From Halomicronema hongdechloris C2206 (lineage in GTDB: Bacteria; Cyanobacteriota; Cyanobacteriia; Phormidesmidales; Phormidesmidaceae): 32,000 nt of DNA. The notes beneath the pieces were generated by a model. That model had not been told where the DNA came from. It was given only the letters and a program-made list of their open reading frames with translations, and did not search any database. Location of the stretch: assembly GCF_002075285.3 (NCBI RefSeq), contig NZ_CP021983.2, positions 1,620,001-1,652,000 on the forward strand, given 5' to 3'. Below, piece after piece: positions 28,172-32,000 of the stretch; positions within the stretch are counted from its first letter, which is position 1; each line of letters begins with the position of its first letter. A program made the translations under genes and the position numbers.

Positions 28172-28885
28172 ATGCTTTTGAAAACAACCCTCCCCCTATT
28201 CATGCCCTGGACCACTGCGCCCAGTATCGATACCCTGAGATCGCTTTACGATGCCTCTGCCGATCTCTGGGACGACTATCTGGCCCGTTTGGGGCAACTC
28301 CAAGATTATCAACTGCTGTTCAAAAGTCGGGCTGTTCACAACTGCTTGAGCCATCTTGACCAGACCTCTAAAATTCTCGACTGTGGCGTGGGCACCGGAG
28401 CCTTCAGTCTGGCGCTTTTAGACAGTATCGCTCACCCAGTTCATGTCTCTGGTGTCGATATTTCCTACCCCATGTTGACCCATGCTCAACAGAATTTGAA
28501 AAATCGGAGCCCGGCTCTCGATTTGCGATGGGGAGATATCAGGCGTTTGCCCTTTGCCGATGCAGCTTTCGACGCGGTTATCTTTGCCCATGTGTTGGAG
28601 CATCTGGCCGACCCCGTTGCAGCCTTGCATGAGCTGGTGCGAGTCCTGAAACCGGGTGCCCCGCTGATTGGCTCCGTGACTCGCAAAGGACTGGGTCAAG
28701 TTCTCATGTCCCTGCGCTGGAAAAATCGAGGATATACCTTTAACCAGCTGAGCGCTTTCCTGCAAGCCGCCGGACTTGAGACTGTGAGGTCGTTTGACTA
28801 TGACACCGGCTGGTCGAAATGGATGTGCATCGCGGCGATCGGGGTTAAACCCGGAAGAGCGATCGCGGTATCCTCTCAACATTGA
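28172..28885 (+). CDS. Class I SAM-dependent methyltransferase (UbiE/COQ5-like)
   Basis: Motif I is ILDCGVGTG. It also has VDISYPML, FDAVIFAHVLEHL and LKPGAPL. Confidence 0.85.
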   Translation: MLLKTTLPLFMPWTTAPSIDTLRSLYDASADLWDDYLARLGQLQDYQLLFKSRAVHNCLSHLDQTSKILDCGVGTGAFSLALLDSIAHPVHVSGVDISYPMLTHAQQNLKNRSPALDLRWGDIRRLPFADAAFDAVIFAHVLEHLADPVAALHELVRVLKPGAPLIGSVTRKGLGQVLMSLRWKNRGYTFNQLSAFLQAAGLETVRSFDYDTGWSKWMCIAAIGVKPGRAIAVSSQH

Positions 28886-29260
28886 TAAGCGCAATCGCCC
28901 AAACATCATCCCGATAATTCTCAGCATTTGGGAGGGTGATTATACTGGATACGTCTACCTAATCACCTATATCGGGGTATTGGGCTGACGAATTTCTATC
29001 TAATCAACCGTATGAGGGGATTAGACCGAAATTTTTCTGCCTAAACGCTCGTATAGGGGAGTTATGTGGAATCATTCTCTCCAATAAATTTTTATGCCGC
29101 GAGTCTCGGTTGGGACGGTAACCGCAAGGCTATCTGTTGATGTTCAACCGCAAGAAAGCTCGAAATAACCTACGGAGCTGTGTTTCGAGCTTATTACCAA
29201 AACGATTATTCCGTATATCTAAGTTACGATCGTTGTGTACATGAGCAGGAAGGTTTATCC

Positions 29261-29590
29261 ATGAGCCTTGCTTTAGAGCGTGAGACCCCGCCTCTTCGTG
29301 AAGACGAAACCGGAGCGATTCGGGTTGGAAATTCAAGGGTTTTACTAGAGACTGTGATCCGAGCTTTTCAAGATGGTGCGCCTCCTGAATCTATCGTTCA
29401 TCGTTACTCGACTCTATCCTTGTCTGATGTCTACAACACAATTGGCTACTACCTTCGGCATCAAGATGCTGTAGAGGTGTACTTGAGTCAAAGAGAGCAG
29501 TTGGCTGATGCTGTACAACAACGTTTATTGGATATTCAGCCTGATTTGAGTTCCATCCGTGCTCGGTTACTGTTTCAACGGAATGCTTAG
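29261..29590 (+). CDS. DUF433-domain protein (antitoxin-like)
   Basis: The likely ATG is at 29261, in frame with ORF 29180..29590, with AGGAAGG upstream. IRVGNSRVLLETVIRAFQDG..PESIVHRYSTLSLSDVYNTIGYYLRH is the DUF433 pattern. Confidence 0.7.
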   Translation: MSLALERETPPLREDETGAIRVGNSRVLLETVIRAFQDGAPPESIVHRYSTLSLSDVYNTIGYYLRHQDAVEVYLSQREQLADAVQQRLLDIQPDLSSIRARLLFQRNA

Positions 29591-29714
29591 CAGCGGATGT
29601 GTTGAGCTTGTTGAGTGATGAGAATTTTAATGGTGACATTGTTCGGGGATTGATGCTGTGTCAGCCCAATCTTGATTTGCTTCGAGTTCAAGATGTTGGT
29701 TTGCGAGAGGTAGA

Positions 29715-29723
29715 CGACCCAGC
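29715..29723. repeat. Target-site duplication CGACCCAGC (left copy) of the IS4-family element
   Basis: The identical 9-mer occurs at 31024-31032, directly outside the inverted repeats. Confidence 0.85.
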
Positions 29724-31023
29724 CTGACTGCCTGACACATCTTTTACTCTAGTCGGCAGGATAGAGAGCGGATGCGAGAGAACCAGATTTGGTCGTAATA
29801 GTCGTGCTCCGCTTTTTTGGAGGCAAAACAAGGCTCTGGGTCACGGACTAACAGCGCTATCGGCTCTAGAAGCTGTCGTCCTTTGTGAACGACTCCCTTA
29901 AGCCAGCGCAATCCAATCTTGAGGTAGCTGAGTCCGCGCCGCCAATGAGGGTCTACCTGCTGCCTAAGGCCTTCAATCTGAACCGCCATGCCAGTGGTTG
30001 TTCCATAAAGCAGTGCAATAGCGGCCACTAGATAAAGTCGCTCAAGGGCTACCGCTGAGCGGATTCGGGAGTCTTCAATCTCGAAAGCTCCTGATTTGCT
30101 ATCCAAAAACAGCTCCTCTACTCTGAAACGCAACGCGTAGCGCCAGAGCGTCTGCAAGGTAGGCGGTTCATCGGTGATGACGGCCCAAGGCTCTTTGACG
30201 CCTTTAAGCGTCGCCAGCACGATGTTGCACTGGTGGGAGCCATCCTGCCACAGCCTGACATTTCGATAGAAAATCGCCTCGCCTTTTGGCGGCCACAGAT
30301 ATCTCACTTCAGTCGGATAACGCCTTGGCCCGTGCAGCAGGACATCGCAGGGCACTCGCAAGCAGTAGTGCCAACTGCTCGCTTGCAACCAACTCATCAA
30401 GTCGTGGTTGGCAAAGCCTCGGTCGGCCAGCAGCATTAGGTTCGGGTACTGCCTCAAAAGCCACCGGGCACGGCGCAGCAAAGGGCGGTATTCTTCAAAA
30501 GCCACCGTTGCACTGCCATGCTCAAGCACTCGCCACAGTAGCGGGACTGCTCGTCCGCAGCACACCACTGACAGGTGAATCATGCAGTATTGGTTCCACA
30601 GCACCGTTGTATCGAGTGCCAGATACAGCCGCTTGCCCTCCCACTGCCTCAGCGTCAGCAGCACCAGCGGTAGGTAGAGCTGATTTATCTCAACGAGCCG
30701 GTTGCCGAAAAATCGATGCCACCGCCGCTCGAAGCTTTGCGCTTTGTTGGCACGGCTTATCACGTAGGACTCCCAAGCAGGTGGGCTCAGCTCACCACTA
30801 CAAATCAGGGCGGTGACCATCCAAGATAGGGCTTTGATATGGCGCAAGTCCCGGTAGTGGCTGTATTGACGCAGATAGTGCAGCAGTTGATCATAGAGCT
30901 GGGTAGAGCTTGGCATGTCGCTTTGGCCGTCAGTGTGGTAACTACAGCCTCGCACACGAGCTCTGCCTATTTCCTCTTTGTCCTGATATGACTACCTTTC
31001 AGCTACTTCTGTCAGGCACTCAG
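29724..31023 (-). mobile_element. IS4-family insertion sequence (1300 bp)
   Basis: The terminal inverted repeats are CTGACTGCCTGACA (29724-29737) and the reverse complement of 31010-31023, CTGAGTGCCTGACA (13/14). It has a 9-bp duplication and a single DDE transposase ORF. Confidence 0.85.
29744..30916 (-). CDS. IS4-family DDE transposase
   Basis: The likely start is MPSSTQLYDQ (ATG at 30916). Candidate catalytic residues lie in LALDTT and LLADRGF. YALRFRVEELFLDSK fits the Y-(2)-R-(3)-E-(6)-K signature of IS4-family enzymes. Confidence 0.85.
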   Translation of the reverse strand: MPSSTQLYDQLLHYLRQYSHYRDLRHIKALSWMVTALICSGELSPPAWESYVISRANKAQSFERRWHRFFGNRLVEINQLYLPLVLLTLRQWEGKRLYLALDTTVLWNQYCMIHLSVVCCGRAVPLLWRVLEHGSATVAFEEYRPLLRRARWLLRQYPNLMLLADRGFANHDLMSWLQASSWHYCLRVPCDVLLHGPRRYPTEVRYLWPPKGEAIFYRNVRLWQDGSHQCNIVLATLKGVKEPWAVITDEPPTLQTLWRYALRFRVEELFLDSKSGAFEIEDSRIRSAVALERLYLVAAIALLYGTTTGMAVQIEGLRQQVDPHWRRGLSYLKIGLRWLKGVVHKGRQLLEPIALLVRDPEPCFASKKAEHDYYDQIWFSRIRSLSCRLE

Positions 31024-31032
31024 CGACCCAGC
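31024..31032. repeat. Target-site duplication CGACCCAGC (right copy)
   Basis: Identical to 29715-29723. Confidence 0.85.
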
Positions 31033-31315
31033 TATCTTGGCTTGGGCAGCAAGCAATGGGCGTATTCTGCTCACTCATGATCGAGCAACGATGCCGGATT
31101 TTGCTTACAACCGTCTGGTTAGAGGAGAGCTGATGGCAGGGATGTTTGTGGTCAATGATCGAATGCCTATTCGGCAGGCGATTGATGATTTGATACTGCT
31201 GGTAGATTGTAGCGAGCAAGCAGAATGGCAAGATGTCGTATTGGGCACCTCGAAAAATAGCCAGAGCGATCTCAGTATGAGATCATAAGGTCGGTTTTGT
31301 TGAAGCACGCAGGCC

Positions 31316-32000
31316 ATGGGACAGCAGGGATTCTGGGATATCGAAGAGCGCCAGCAAAAACTGGAGCAAAAGAAGGCGGTACTGAATCGGTTGAATCAAC
31401 TGGTGCCGTGGGAGACCTTTCGTCCGATTCTGATGCAGATTCGAGAGAAACCGCGCAAAAGCCAGGCCGGTCGTAACCCCACCGATGTCCTGTTACTCTT
31501 CAAGATGCTGGTGCTGCAAAAGCTATACAACATCAGCGATGACGAACTGGAATATCAGGTCAACGACCGACTGTCCTTCATGCAATTTCTCGGTTTGGGG
31601 CTTGAGGATAGAGTCCCGGATGCAACGACGGTGTGGCTCTTCCGAGAACAGTTGCAGCAGCACGGCTTGGTGGAGGCGTTGTTCGAGCAGTTTGGAGCCT
31701 ATCTGCAAGGGGCAGGCTATGCCGCCAAGGATGGGCAAATTGTGGATGCGACCTTGATTCCAGTTCCCAAACAACGCAACACCCGTGAGGAGAACCAAAC
31801 CCTCAAGCAGGGTGAGGTTCCCGTTGAGTGGCAAGAGACCCCTCATCAGCTCGCGCAAAAAGATGTTGACGCCCGATGGACGAAGAAAAATGGAACGTCC
31901 CACTACGGCTACAAAAACCACATCAATAGTGATGCCGGCTTTAAGCTCATTCGCCGTTACAGCGTCACCGATGCGTCGGTCCATGACTCGCAGGTCTTGG
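31316..32000 (+). CDS. IS5-family transposase, 3' end outside the window (not in the supplied ORF track)
   Basis: Hand translation from the ATG at 31316 runs to the window end without a stop. It reads MGQQGFWDIEERQQKLEQKKAVLNRLNQLVPWETFRPILMQIREKPRKSQAGRNPTDVLLLFKMLVLQKLYNISDDELEYQVNDRLSFMQFLGL...DATLIPVPKQRN...DARWTKKNGTSHYGYKNHI, which is the typical IS5/InsH-like N-terminal half. Confidence 0.85.
   Translation, partial: MGQQGFWDIEERQQKLEQKKAVLNRLNQLVPWETFRPILMQIREKPRKSQAGRNPTDVLLLFKMLVLQKLYNISDDELEYQVNDRLSFMQFLGLGLEDRVPDATTVWLFREQLQQHGLVEALFEQFGAYLQGAGYAAKDGQIVDATLIPVPKQRNTREENQTLKQGEVPVEWQETPHQLAQKDVDARWTKKNGTSHYGYKNHINSDAGFKLIRRYSVTDASVHDSQVL

Larger units (their letters stand above)
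29599..31288 (+). pseudogene. DUF5615-like (PIN/Mut7-C-like) gene interrupted by an IS
   Basis: The N-terminal piece is 29599..29723 (VLSLLSDENFNGDIVRGLMLCQPNLDLLRVQDVGLREVDDPA). The C-terminal piece is 31024..31288 (..ILAWAASNGRILLTHDRATMPDFAY...). Deleting the IS and one duplication copy joins them in frame. Confidence 0.75.

Noticed and set aside
31485-31984. Track ORFs 31485..31757 (plus) and 31523..31984 (minus)
   Set aside because: They are off-frame or antisense to the continuous IS5-family transposase frame that starts at 31316.
1-32000. A search by eye for tRNA, rRNA, tmRNA tag sequences and CRISPR repeat-spacer arrays
   Set aside because: I saw no T-arm-like GGTTCGAATCC-type motif in a cloverleaf context, no rRNA-like conserved blocks, and no regularly spaced direct repeats of 25-40 bp. 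A tRNAscan, Infernal or CRISPR-finder run is needed to confirm this.

Overview
This is a cyanobacterial chromosomal segment. The octamer GCGATCGC (HIP1) is frequent and sampled lines run about 55-62% GC. The left 13.5 kb is mostly core-like genes: the 3' part of a Ser/Thr kinase, a GRDP-like protein, a large frameshifted TPR-CHAT gene, ileS, a stand-alone helical carotenoid protein, a bactofilin, a secreted protein and a GT39-like membrane glycosyltransferase. From about 13.9 kb the window is accessory and full of mobile DNA. It holds an IS630-type element, a small-protein plus retropepsin-like protease pair, and an ORF-less group II intron whose domain V is split by an ISAs1-type IS with an 8-bp target duplication. 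A low-GC three-gene membrane/hydrolase island follows. Next come a MalT-like LuxR regulator with a CCCCACA repeat/palindrome and a seven-gene same-strand cluster (methyltransferases, SDR, glyoxalase-like, P-loop kinase). The window ends with a DUF433/DUF5615-like pair whose second gene is cut by an IS4-family element (9-bp duplication), and the start of an IS5-family transposase that the ORF track missed. Several genes carry single-base frameshifts, two of them clearly at homopolymers, so sequencing error and real decay must be told apart. I found no rRNA, tRNA or CRISPR array, and no clearly novel multi-gene system; the best candidates are listed under findings.
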